DNA of 64,000 bases from the IMG/VR virus record IMGVR_UViG_3300025892_002699, one strand, 5' to 3'. Below, piece by piece: positions 56,382 to 64,000 of this stretch. Positions within the stretch are counted from its first letter, which is position 1; every line of letters starts with the position of its first letter. A program made the position numbers and the translations under genes. This DNA comes from a virus. Under the pieces are notes generated by a model. That model had not been told where the DNA came from. It saw only the letters and a program-made list of their open reading frames with translations, and did not search any database.

Positions 56382-56384
56382 TAT
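56356..56384 (+). promoter_or_regulatory. sigma70 promoter TTGACA-N17-TAATAT (TGn-extended) for the folE-queE operon
   Basis: Embedded in the 3' end of the upstream CDS; AGGAG leader. Confidence 0.6.
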
Positions 56385-56411
56385 TAATAATATAAAAATA
56401 GGAGAAAAACA

Positions 56412-56624
56412 ATGGCAAGTAGACAACACATATATGACGCAATGGTGGCACACGCCAAAGGACATATAGAAAAACACGCAACAAATGTGCAAATTTATAT
56501 GGAAAAGGCTGTGGGAATTGGTGAACACGGAGACATTCTTGAAACTATAGAAAAAGAATTAAAAGTGATTGCTGAATATCATGATCAATTAGAAGTTTTA
56601 GAAAAATATATCAAGAGGGACTAA
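56412..56624 (+). CDS. Hypothetical helical protein
   Basis: SD present; coupled to folE. Confidence 0.75.
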   Translation: MASRQHIYDAMVAHAKGHIEKHATNVQIYMEKAVGIGEHGDILETIEKELKVIAEYHDQLEVLEKYIKRD

Positions 56625-57298
56625 TGAAAGCATCAGAACGAATAAGACAAAGGCTGAAGGAAAAAGATATTAGATTTCACAGTAATGATAATATCGCTGA
56701 TTTTATAGAACAAGGTGAACTGGAAGAACTTCAAAAAGAAGTTGAAGAAAATTTTGCAGGAGTTCTTGATGCATTGGTGATTGATACTGAAAATGATCAC
56801 AACACAAAAGAAACTGCAAGACGTGTTGCTAAAATGTACATAAAAGAAATATTTGGTGGTAGATTTGTTCAACCGCCTAAAGTTACTTCTTTTCCTAATA
56901 TGGGATATAGAAGTTTATACACTAGCGGTCCGATTAGTGTTAAGTCTACGTGTGCTCACCATTTTCAGAACATTGTAGGAAAATGTTGGGTTGGTGTATT
57001 GCCGGAGAAGGAAGTAATAGGACTTTCTAAATTTAATAGAATAGTTCATCATATTGCAGAACGTCCGCAGATACAAGAAGAGATGACAACACAGATTGCA
57101 GAAGCATTACAGAAATATGCAAAAACTCCTAACGTGGCTGTATTGATAAAAGCAGAACATCATTGTATGACACACAGAGGTGTAAGAGAACATGAATCAG
57201 ATATGACAACTGCTATCATGCTAGGTGCATTTGATAGCCATGCTCCACTTAAGAAAGAGTTTTATGATATTTGTATGAGTATGAAGGGTCATGAGTAA
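56624..57298 (+). CDS. folE: GTP cyclohydrolase I
   Basis: TARRVAK, STCAHH, GLSKFNR, RPQIQEE and HHCM..RG motifs. Confidence 0.95.
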   Translation: MKASERIRQRLKEKDIRFHSNDNIADFIEQGELEELQKEVEENFAGVLDALVIDTENDHNTKETARRVAKMYIKEIFGGRFVQPPKVTSFPNMGYRSLYTSGPISVKSTCAHHFQNIVGKCWVGVLPEKEVIGLSKFNRIVHHIAERPQIQEEMTTQIAEALQKYAKTPNVAVLIKAEHHCMTHRGVREHESDMTTAIMLGAFDSHAPLKKEFYDICMSMKGHE

Positions 57299-58187
57299 AC
57301 TTAGATATTCAGAAGCATTTTATTCCATACAGGGCGAAGGTCGTTTTGTGGGAGTACCAAGTGTATTCTTGAGAACATTCGGTTGTAATTTTCGTTGTAT
57401 GAACTTTGGTTTAGATAAAGAACCAAACAGAGCAGAAAAACTCAAACAAGGAATAAAATTCAATCCGGAAGTTAAAAAGTTATTGGATGAAGGGATTACT
57501 GACAAAGTGGATAAGTTTGAAGACTTGCCAATAGTACACACAGGCTGTGACACTTATGCCAGTATATACCCTGAGTTCAAAAAGTATATGATGGACAAGA
57601 CCATTGACGAAGTGGTGGATCATGTGTTATCATTAACTCCTGAAGGAAAGTGGACTATGTCTAATGGACAAGATGTACACTTTATATTAACAGGTGGTGA
57701 GCCTTTGTTAGGATGGCAAAGAACTTACATAGAATTATTTGAACATCCTAGAATGAAGGATTTAAAAAATGTTACTTTCGAAACAAATACAACGCAGACT
57801 TTACATAAGGATTTTGAAGATTATCTCAGAAAACAAGACAGATTCCAGGTCACTTGGTCATGCTCTCCAAAACTTTCCGTATCAGGTGAACCTTGGGACA
57901 CTGCTATCAAGCCTGAAATTGCTAGGTCTTATAATGGGATTCCTAATAGCGAAATGTATTTCAAATTTGTGGTTGCTGATGCTTCCGATGTTGATGAAGT
58001 TGCACAGGCAGTTGCCGAGTTCAATCAAGTGGGAATCAACGTTCCCGTTTATGTCATGCCACTGGGAGGAAGATCAGAAACATACAGCCTCAACACAAAA
58101 AAGGTTGCCGAACTTGCAATGGCAAGAGGATGGAGATACACTCCAAGACTACACGTCGACATATTCGGAAATGCCTGGGGGACTTGA
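57291..58187 (+). CDS. queE: 7-carboxy-7-deazaguanine synthase (radical SAM)
   Basis: FYSIQGEG, FLRTFGCNFRC...GCDT, LTGGEP, ETN, SPK and RLH motifs. Confidence 0.9.
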   Translation: MSKLRYSEAFYSIQGEGRFVGVPSVFLRTFGCNFRCMNFGLDKEPNRAEKLKQGIKFNPEVKKLLDEGITDKVDKFEDLPIVHTGCDTYASIYPEFKKYMMDKTIDEVVDHVLSLTPEGKWTMSNGQDVHFILTGGEPLLGWQRTYIELFEHPRMKDLKNVTFETNTTQTLHKDFEDYLRKQDRFQVTWSCSPKLSVSGEPWDTAIKPEIARSYNGIPNSEMYFKFVVADASDVDEVAQAVAEFNQVGINVPVYVMPLGGRSETYSLNTKKVAELAMARGWRYTPRLHVDIFGNAWGT

Positions 58188-58226
58188 TAAGATCAACACA
58201 GACAAAAAAGAAATGGAGAATAAAAA

Positions 58227-58622
58227 ATGGATATCATAAAAAAGATTAAAGAAGTAAAAGACAAATTTGTTAAAAAGAAAGAAACAACTGCGGAAGACAC
58301 TGGTAAAAATCCTAAGTTGGATGCTTTGATGAAAGAGAAACAAGAAGCAACAGCAAAAGGTGAACCTTGGGTTGCTGTGTTAGATACAAAGATTAATAAA
58401 GAAAATATTAAAAACGGGTTCTTTGAATTGGATTGGAACAATGAATTTATTGAACAGTTGTTGAATGCAGGCTATAAAGGTGAAACAAATGAACAAATAG
58501 TGGATGGTTGGTTCAGAACAATAGCACAAAACATACTGCAAGAAGAAGGTTTAGATCCATCAAGAGGTGCTGGATATATCAACACTAAAAACTTAGGCAA
58601 AGATAAATCAGAAATTAGTTAA
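58227..58622 (+). CDS. Hypothetical phage protein
   Basis: Coupled ORF. Confidence 0.75.
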   Translation: MDIIKKIKEVKDKFVKKKETTAEDTGKNPKLDALMKEKQEATAKGEPWVAVLDTKINKENIKNGFFELDWNNEFIEQLLNAGYKGETNEQIVDGWFRTIAQNILQEEGLDPSRGAGYINTKNLGKDKSEIS

Positions 58623-59620
58623 TGAATTATATAATTGTAGACACAGCCAATACATTTTTTAGAGCCAAACACGCAATACAAAGCGATTTGGATTCTAAGA
58701 TAGGAATGGCTCTACATATCACATTAAACAGTATTCGTAAAGTATGGCAAGATTTCAAAGGTGACCATGTTGTATTTTGCTTGGAAGGTAGAAGTTGGCG
58801 TAAAGACTTTTATGAACCTTATAAACGCAATAGAAAGAATGCTAGAGATGCCAGAACAGAAAAAGAAGTTGAAGAGGATTTAGTGTTCTGGGAAACTTTT
58901 GATAACTTCAAGGAATTCATAGATACAAAAACAAACTGCACAGCAATTCAGAATCCACAACTTGAAGCAGATGATTTAATTGCAGGCTGGGTACAAGCAC
59001 ATCCAAATGACAATCATATAATTGTATCAACAGATGGTGACTTTGCTCAATTGATTGCTCCTAATGTGTGTCAATACAACGGTATCACAGAAGTTACAAT
59101 CACACATGAAGGATATTTTGACGCAAAAGGAAATAGAGTAATAGACAAAAAGACTAAAGAAGAAAAACCTGCACCCAATCCTGCATGGTTATTGTTTGAA
59201 AAATGCATGAGAGGTGATACTGCTGACAATGTGTTTTCAGCATATCCTGGTGTAAGAACAAAAGGAACCAAAAAGAAGGTTGGTTTACAAGATGCATTCG
59301 ACGACAGAGATTCTAAAGGATACAACTGGAACAACATGATGCTACAACGTTGGGTTGATCATAATGGCGATGAGCATAGAGTTATGGAAGACTTTCAAAG
59401 AAATGTAACACTGTGTGATTTGACAGCACAACCTAAGGAAATAAGAACATTAATTGACGACACTATAAACAGTGTGAAACCTAAAGAGGTAGAACAAGTA
59501 GGATTAAAACTAATAAAATTTTGTGCTAAATGGGACATGCAAAAAATTGCAGAATATCCGCAAACATATGCTGAGCCATTGAATGCAAAATATAAACTTA
59601 AAGAGGAGGCAACAGCATGA
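58622..59620 (+). CDS. rnh: 5'-3' exonuclease/flap endonuclease (T4 RNase H-like)
   Basis: IVD, YKRNR, EADD, STDGD and GDTADN motifs. Confidence 0.9.
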   Translation: MNYIIVDTANTFFRAKHAIQSDLDSKIGMALHITLNSIRKVWQDFKGDHVVFCLEGRSWRKDFYEPYKRNRKNARDARTEKEVEEDLVFWETFDNFKEFIDTKTNCTAIQNPQLEADDLIAGWVQAHPNDNHIIVSTDGDFAQLIAPNVCQYNGITEVTITHEGYFDAKGNRVIDKKTKEEKPAPNPAWLLFEKCMRGDTADNVFSAYPGVRTKGTKKKVGLQDAFDDRDSKGYNWNNMMLQRWVDHNGDEHRVMEDFQRNVTLCDLTAQPKEIRTLIDDTINSVKPKEVEQVGLKLIKFCAKWDMQKIAEYPQTYAEPLNAKYKLKEEATA

Positions 59621-60114
59621 CGAATAAATTTTTTGCAAAGCCGATATTGGAGAATAGATTCTGGATACTAGAATCTGATGGAGAAAAAGTAGGAACAATC
59701 TGTAGACAAGAGGATAGACGGTACATGTACAGTTGTCCAGATGGTACAAGAATATTTGACAATCAGCAACAACTTCAAAAGAATTTTAGTGGAGAATGGA
59801 TGTGGGGTTCAACTGTAAGTGCTCCAAAAGAAGAAAAAGAAAATGAAGATAATTCGGTTTATGATTATCCTTCAAAGTTTAAGCCATACAACATGGTGTT
59901 TGATGTAAAACGTAAACTACCACTGTTTAACAAAAGTAAAAAGTCAAAAAGTTTATACTGTGCTGGATACTATATCATTCAATTTGAAAAAGGTTGGGTA
60001 CGAAGTTATTGTCCTAAACTATTAACATTGGACAGTTATGCTTTTAAAGGACCATTCAGAACATCATTAGAAATGAAAACGGAGTTGAGCAATGCAAACA
60101 AAAGACCCTATTAA
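59617..60114 (+). CDS. Hypothetical phage protein
   Basis: ATGA-coupled ORF. Confidence 0.75.
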   Translation: MTNKFFAKPILENRFWILESDGEKVGTICRQEDRRYMYSCPDGTRIFDNQQQLQKNFSGEWMWGSTVSAPKEEKENEDNSVYDYPSKFKPYNMVFDVKRKLPLFNKSKKSKSLYCAGYYIIQFEKGWVRSYCPKLLTLDSYAFKGPFRTSLEMKTELSNANKRPY

Positions 60115-60331
60115 CACAGCAAGTCTACAACAGTTTATACAGCAAGTTAAAGGTGCTGACCTCAGCAACCAAAAAGAAGTGCGTTTAGACATCAATACAG
60201 CCAAGCAAGTCACATATAGCCTAGCCACAGTGTTGGCCCGTTTAGCAGGCGACTATGAGGGTCTAATGGCACAAAAAAGTAACACAGAAGCCGAAGCAAT
60301 AGAAGTCAAAGTAGACGGCGGTAATTTATAA
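60092..60331 (+). CDS. Hypothetical phage protein
   Basis: GGAG SD; helical. Confidence 0.7.
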   Translation: MQTKDPINTASLQQFIQQVKGADLSNQKEVRLDINTAKQVTYSLATVLARLAGDYEGLMAQKSNTEAEAIEVKVDGGNL

Positions 60332-60347
60332 TACTACCATAAAATAG

Positions 60348-60354
60348 ATAAATA
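60348..60354 (+). promoter_or_regulatory. Late-type promoter ATAAATA
   Basis: Intergenic motif. Confidence 0.55.
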
Positions 60355-60364
60355 CTCATATAAC

Positions 60365-60652
60365 ATGAGTAGACCTAAACCGACTATATTACTAGAATTC
60401 ACAGATCGCAAATCATACAAGAGCGAACAGGTACTTGCGGCTGAAGGTATATGGGCTGTATTCTATAAAAATAAGCCATTCAATTTGAAATCAGCAAACA
60501 TGCTGAACAACTATCCAGGACCAAAATACAAGAAGGTATCATTTTCGAATCCTGGACATGCATTCAATCTAGCCAAAAAATTGAACACCATGTTCAACAC
60601 TGAACACTTCACAGTGGTCAAATTGACCGAAGGTGAAACTGTTAGTGAATAA
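60365..60652 (+). CDS. Hypothetical phage protein
   Basis: MSRPKPTILLE start. Confidence 0.75.
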   Translation: MSRPKPTILLEFTDRKSYKSEQVLAAEGIWAVFYKNKPFNLKSANMLNNYPGPKYKKVSFSNPGHAFNLAKKLNTMFNTEHFTVVKLTEGETVSE

Positions 60653-61041
60653 TGAACTGGAAAGAAACCTACACCAAAATATTCTTAAAACATGCTGAAA
60701 TAGGCATCAGCGAAAGTACTCTCAAAGAGTATATGCCTACTTGGTGGAAGAACACTAGAGATAAAGGTTCAGGAGGTTTGCGACTTACTGACGATGGATT
60801 AACATTTGTCAAAGACAAGTTACAACTGCAAACATATGATGTACCATTTCCTGTTGATTTCAACCTTACCACTCAAACCATAATATTCTTAGACAAGTAT
60901 ATCAATTGTCCATACTATCTAGCAGACGATGGTGTAATTGTGACCAATGAAAAGAAAGCCATGGAATTGATGTTGTTTTCTGGAGATATCCGAAAATATG
61001 GTCTCAACAAAGCACTTTCTAGACTAGAATCCTCAGAATAA
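60652..61041 (+). CDS. Hypothetical phage protein
   Basis: TAATG-coupled ORF. Confidence 0.75.
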   Translation: MNWKETYTKIFLKHAEIGISESTLKEYMPTWWKNTRDKGSGGLRLTDDGLTFVKDKLQLQTYDVPFPVDFNLTTQTIIFLDKYINCPYYLADDGVIVTNEKKAMELMLFSGDIRKYGLNKALSRLESSE

Positions 61042-61042
61042 G

Positions 61043-61051
61043 TTATCCACA
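61043..61051 (+). promoter_or_regulatory. Single perfect DnaA-box sequence TTATCCACA
   Basis: Intergenic, upstream of the promoter at 61089. Confidence 0.3.
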
Positions 61052-61088
61052 GACGCTAGAACCCGCATAAACCTTGACTTCTTCGTGG

Positions 61089-61117
61089 TTGACTTTTGGT
61101 ATGTCAGAATGTATTAT
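61089..61117 (+). promoter_or_regulatory. sigma70 promoter TTGACT-N17-TATTAT
   Basis: Near-consensus; GAGGAG SD downstream. Confidence 0.7.
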
Positions 61118-61151
61118 TAGTACATAACAACAAATTAACGAGGAGTACAAA

Positions 61152-62264
61152 ATGGTAAAACAAAGTAAAACACAAGATGCTGGTCTTACAACTAGACAAC
61201 TTTCGCCTAACAAAGCAAAGGCAAGTATATTACACGCATTAAAAATTAAAAGACCAATATTTTTATGGGGCGGCCCTGGAATTGGTAAATCAGATATTAT
61301 TCACCAAATTTCAAAAGATATCAATGCTAAAGTGATTGATATTAGATTAAGTTTGTGGGAGCCTACAGATATTAAAGGTATTCCGTATTACAATTCAAAA
61401 GAAAACAACATGACGTGGGCTTCTCCTTCAGAATTGCCTACACAGGCAATGGCTAAAAAACACAAGAACATTGTGTTATTTTTAGATGAGATGAATTCTG
61501 CGGCACCTTCAGTACAGGCGGCGGCATACCAACTTATATTGAACAGAAGAGTAGGTCAATATGAATTGCCTGACAATGTGTTAATTGTAGCGGCTGGTAA
61601 CAGAGAGGCTGACAAAGGTGTTGTTTACAGAATGCCTGCTCCGTTGGCAAACAGATTTATCCACTTAGAAATGAAACCAGAGTTTGATGATTGGTTTGAA
61701 TGGTCAGTGGCTAACAACGTGAACAAAGACGTTGTTGGATATCTAACTTTTAGCAAAAAGGACCTATACGACTTTGATCCTAAATCACCTAGTCGTTCTT
61801 TTGCTACTCCGAGATCTTGGTCATTTGTGAGTGAATTACTTTCAGATGATTTAGATGAAAACACTATAACTGACCTGGTCAGTGGTGCAGTGGGTGAAGG
61901 ACTTGCAGTTAAGTTCATGGCTCACAGAAAGGTGGCTTCACAGTTACCTAATCCTTCAGAAATACTTGAAGGTAAAATAACAGAACTGAAATCGAAAGAA
62001 ATATCAGCAATGTACTCGCTTACGGTTTCATTATGTTATGAACTCAAAGAAGCAAATGACAAAAAAGATAAGAAGTTTAATGACAAAGTTAATAAATTTC
62101 TTAGATTTATGATGGACAATTTTGATACAGAACTTGTTGTTATGGGTATCAAGATGGCATTAACTCAGTATCAATTACCGATTGATCCTGATGCTGTCAA
62201 ATGTTTTGATGAATTCCACGAAAAATACGGCAAATATATTACTGCCGCTCAAAGCATCAAATAA
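61152..62264 (+). CDS. MoxR-like AAA+ ATPase
   Basis: GGPGIGKS, FLDEMN, AAGNR, LANRF and TPRSW motifs. Confidence 0.88.
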   Translation: MVKQSKTQDAGLTTRQLSPNKAKASILHALKIKRPIFLWGGPGIGKSDIIHQISKDINAKVIDIRLSLWEPTDIKGIPYYNSKENNMTWASPSELPTQAMAKKHKNIVLFLDEMNSAAPSVQAAAYQLILNRRVGQYELPDNVLIVAAGNREADKGVVYRMPAPLANRFIHLEMKPEFDDWFEWSVANNVNKDVVGYLTFSKKDLYDFDPKSPSRSFATPRSWSFVSELLSDDLDENTITDLVSGAVGEGLAVKFMAHRKVASQLPNPSEILEGKITELKSKEISAMYSLTVSLCYELKEANDKKDKKFNDKVNKFLRFMMDNFDTELVVMGIKMALTQYQLPIDPDAVKCFDEFHEKYGKYITAAQSIK

Positions 62265-62274
62265 TAGTGTTGAA

Positions 62275-62303
62275 TATAGGGCACTTTTTACCGGTGCCCT
62301 ATA
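62275..62303 (+). terminator. 10-bp stem-loop after the ATPase gene (no U-tract)
   Basis: TATAGGGCAC-N9-GTGCCCTATA. Confidence 0.45.
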
Positions 62304-62314
62304 CCAAAAAAGAG

Positions 62315-62343
62315 TTGACTAATTTACCAAAAGAAAGTATAAT
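62315..62343 (+). promoter_or_regulatory. sigma70 promoter TTGACT-N17-TATAAT, leaderless geometry
   Basis: The -10 box ends 6 nt before the ATG at 62350. Confidence 0.8.
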
Positions 62344-62349
62344 AGTATT

Positions 62350-63606
62350 ATGAACACAGACACTTTAGAAATAGAAAAAAAAGAATTAAGTCCAGAAGAG
62401 TTGAAAACCCTTAGAGCAGAAGTTATTGATAAAATTGTGGTTGCTAGAGTTGGATTATTATTAAGACATCCTTTCTTTGGTAATATGGCGACAAGATTAC
62501 AAATTAAAGAATGTGATGAATGGTGTCCTACTGCCGCAACTGATGGCAGAAACTTATTTTTTAACACAGAGTTTTTTAGCAAGATGACATCTAAAGAAAT
62601 TGAATTCGTTATAGCACACGAAATACTTCATTGTGTATTTGATCATATGACAAGAAGAGAAGACCGAGATCCACAACTTCATAATATTGCTTGTGATTAT
62701 ATTGTGAACAATACTTTGGTTAGAGATAACATTGGAGAAAAACCAAAAGATGTACAAATATTTCAAGATTGGAAATATGATGGTTGGGCAAGTGAAGCCG
62801 TGTATGATGATATCTACAAAAAAGGTAAAGAACAAATGGAACAGTTGGGTAAACTGTTAGATGAACACATTGATTGGGAAAATGGTGAAAGCACAGGTGG
62901 TGGTGGAGATAAACAGGACAATAAAGATAAAAAGAAAGGTCCTTCATACTCTAAAGAAGAATTAGAAAATATTAAGAATGAAATTAAAGAAAGCATGATG
63001 GCGGCGGCACAGGCATCAGGTGCGGGTAATATGCCTAAAGAAATTGAAAGAATTATTCAACAATTCACAGAACCTAAAATGAATTGGAGAGAATTATTAC
63101 AACAACAAATACAGAGTGTGATTAAAAATGATTATACATTTGCTAGACCTAGTAGAAAAGGTTGGCACTCAGGTGTTATACTTCCAGGCACTAATTACGA
63201 TGACACAATAGATATTTGTATTGCTATTGACACATCAGGTTCAATACAGAATGAACAGGTTGAAGATTTCTTAGGCGAAGTTCAAAGTATTATGGATCAA
63301 TACAAAGATTACAATATTAAGATATGGTGCTTTGACACAGACGTACACAATGAACAAGACTTTAATGCATCTGGTCAAGCACTAGACACATACAAAATAG
63401 AAGGTGGCGGTGGTACAGATTTTATGGCTAATTGGGAGTATATGAAAGAAAATGACATTGTGCCTAAAAAATTCATCATGTTTACAGATGGTTACACATG
63501 GGACGGTTGGGGAGAAGATGATTACTGTGATACTGTGTTTGTTATTAATGGTCATCATGACAAGAACATGGAAGCACCTTTTGGTACTACTGTTCATTAT
63601 GAATAA
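62350..63606 (+). CDS. Metallopeptidase-like plus VWA domain protein (DUF2201-type), MoxR partner
   Basis: TAATDG, HEILH (HExxH), MIDAS IDTSGS, GGGGTDF and FTDG motifs. Confidence 0.87.
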   Translation: MNTDTLEIEKKELSPEELKTLRAEVIDKIVVARVGLLLRHPFFGNMATRLQIKECDEWCPTAATDGRNLFFNTEFFSKMTSKEIEFVIAHEILHCVFDHMTRREDRDPQLHNIACDYIVNNTLVRDNIGEKPKDVQIFQDWKYDGWASEAVYDDIYKKGKEQMEQLGKLLDEHIDWENGESTGGGGDKQDNKDKKKGPSYSKEELENIKNEIKESMMAAAQASGAGNMPKEIERIIQQFTEPKMNWRELLQQQIQSVIKNDYTFARPSRKGWHSGVILPGTNYDDTIDICIAIDTSGSIQNEQVEDFLGEVQSIMDQYKDYNIKIWCFDTDVHNEQDFNASGQALDTYKIEGGGGTDFMANWEYMKENDIVPKKFIMFTDGYTWDGWGEDDYCDTVFVINGHHDKNMEAPFGTTVHYE

Positions 63607-63893
63607 TGTTTTCAAAAACTAATCAAGTAAATCCGTTAAATTATTTCAACTGTAGACAGTTTACCAAAAAACCTCGTGGGTTAGAATTCCTAAAATTAAA
63701 TTATGATTGGAACGACAACGAAGAACTTATGGAAAAATGGATTCTAGAAAACCTTAGAGGAAGATTCTATATTGGTAAACATCAAGGTGTAGACACAGAT
63801 GGAAAAATAGTAAACCAAATTTTGGTAGGATTCGAAAACTCAAAAGAACTGTCAATATTCAATCTTAGTTGCCCTTTCATCAAACGTTATTAA
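63606..63893 (+). CDS. Hypothetical phage protein
   Basis: TAATG-coupled ORF. Confidence 0.7.
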   Translation: MFSKTNQVNPLNYFNCRQFTKKPRGLEFLKLNYDWNDNEELMEKWILENLRGRFYIGKHQGVDTDGKIVNQILVGFENSKELSIFNLSCPFIKRY

Positions 63894-63929
63894 ATACTTC
63901 TGTATACAATAATAAAGGAGCATTTTAAA

Positions 63930-64000
63930 ATGACAGATACAAACCAAACAAAAACTGCCACAACTCCGACTCAAGATCAAATAGTTGGAAAAGATGTAGC
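63930..64000 (+). CDS. Start of a gene truncated by the window end
   Basis: AAGGAG SD followed by MTDTNQTKTATTPTQDQIVGK. Confidence 0.6.
   Translation, partial: MTDTNQTKTATTPTQDQIVGKDV

Noticed and set aside
1-64000. tRNA, rRNA, introns, inteins, homing endonucleases, integrase or transposase
   Set aside because: None was recognised. Intergenic gaps are too short, and PolB, ClpA and PhoH have normal lengths with no intein motifs.
1-64000. Stop-codon reassignment as seen in some jumbo phages
   Set aside because: Genes tile the window completely under the standard code, with TAA, TAG and TGA all used as stops.
1-64000. Bacterial chromosome or eukaryotic giant-virus origin suggested by clpA, dnaJ, def, guaC, RFC-like and MBD4-like genes
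   Set aside because: Baseplate and fibre genes, spanins with an endolysin, T4-like PolB and RNase H, SD sites and T4-late-like promoters indicate a tailed bacteriophage.

Overview
This window is a gene-dense, AT-rich (roughly one-third GC by eye) segment of a large lytic tailed-phage genome with T4-superfamily/jumbo-myovirus features. It is not a bacterial chromosome. Almost all genes are on the + strand. The order is: UV endonuclease fragment, SOD and IscA; a 16-kb tail/baseplate block that includes a subtilisin-like protease; a DnaE fragment, GroES, clamp loader, ferredoxin, ThyX, parvulin and PhoH; a lysis cassette (M15 endolysin plus spanin pair); DnaJ, peptide deformylase and ClpA; a cassette of probable internal-head proteins sharing a capsid-targeting-like N-terminus; rubrerythrin, GMP reductase, PolB, exonuclease and clamp; a long 7-deazaguanine cluster (TGT/DpdA-like, QueD/DpdL-like, FolE, QueE) interleaved with a glycosyltransferase, two sugar-type dehydrogenases, an MBD4-like glycosylase, ClpP, PRTase, HIT, a 2OG oxygenase and two SGNH proteins; then RNase H and a MoxR/VWA pair. 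Two promoter classes are readable directly: sigma70 TTGACW-N17-TATAAT and T4-late-like (A/G/C)TAAATA. Best leads: (1) a possible sugar-hypermodified 7-deazaguanine pathway; (2) capsid-targeted, protease-cleavable polyprotein cargo; (3) a perfect sigma70 promoter hidden inside a coding sequence that would give a second isoform; (4) systematic leaderless mRNAs; (5) strong avoidance of AGCT and GCWGC; (6) a tandem hairpin operator upstream of polB. All functional calls rest on recalled family motifs. No database search was run.
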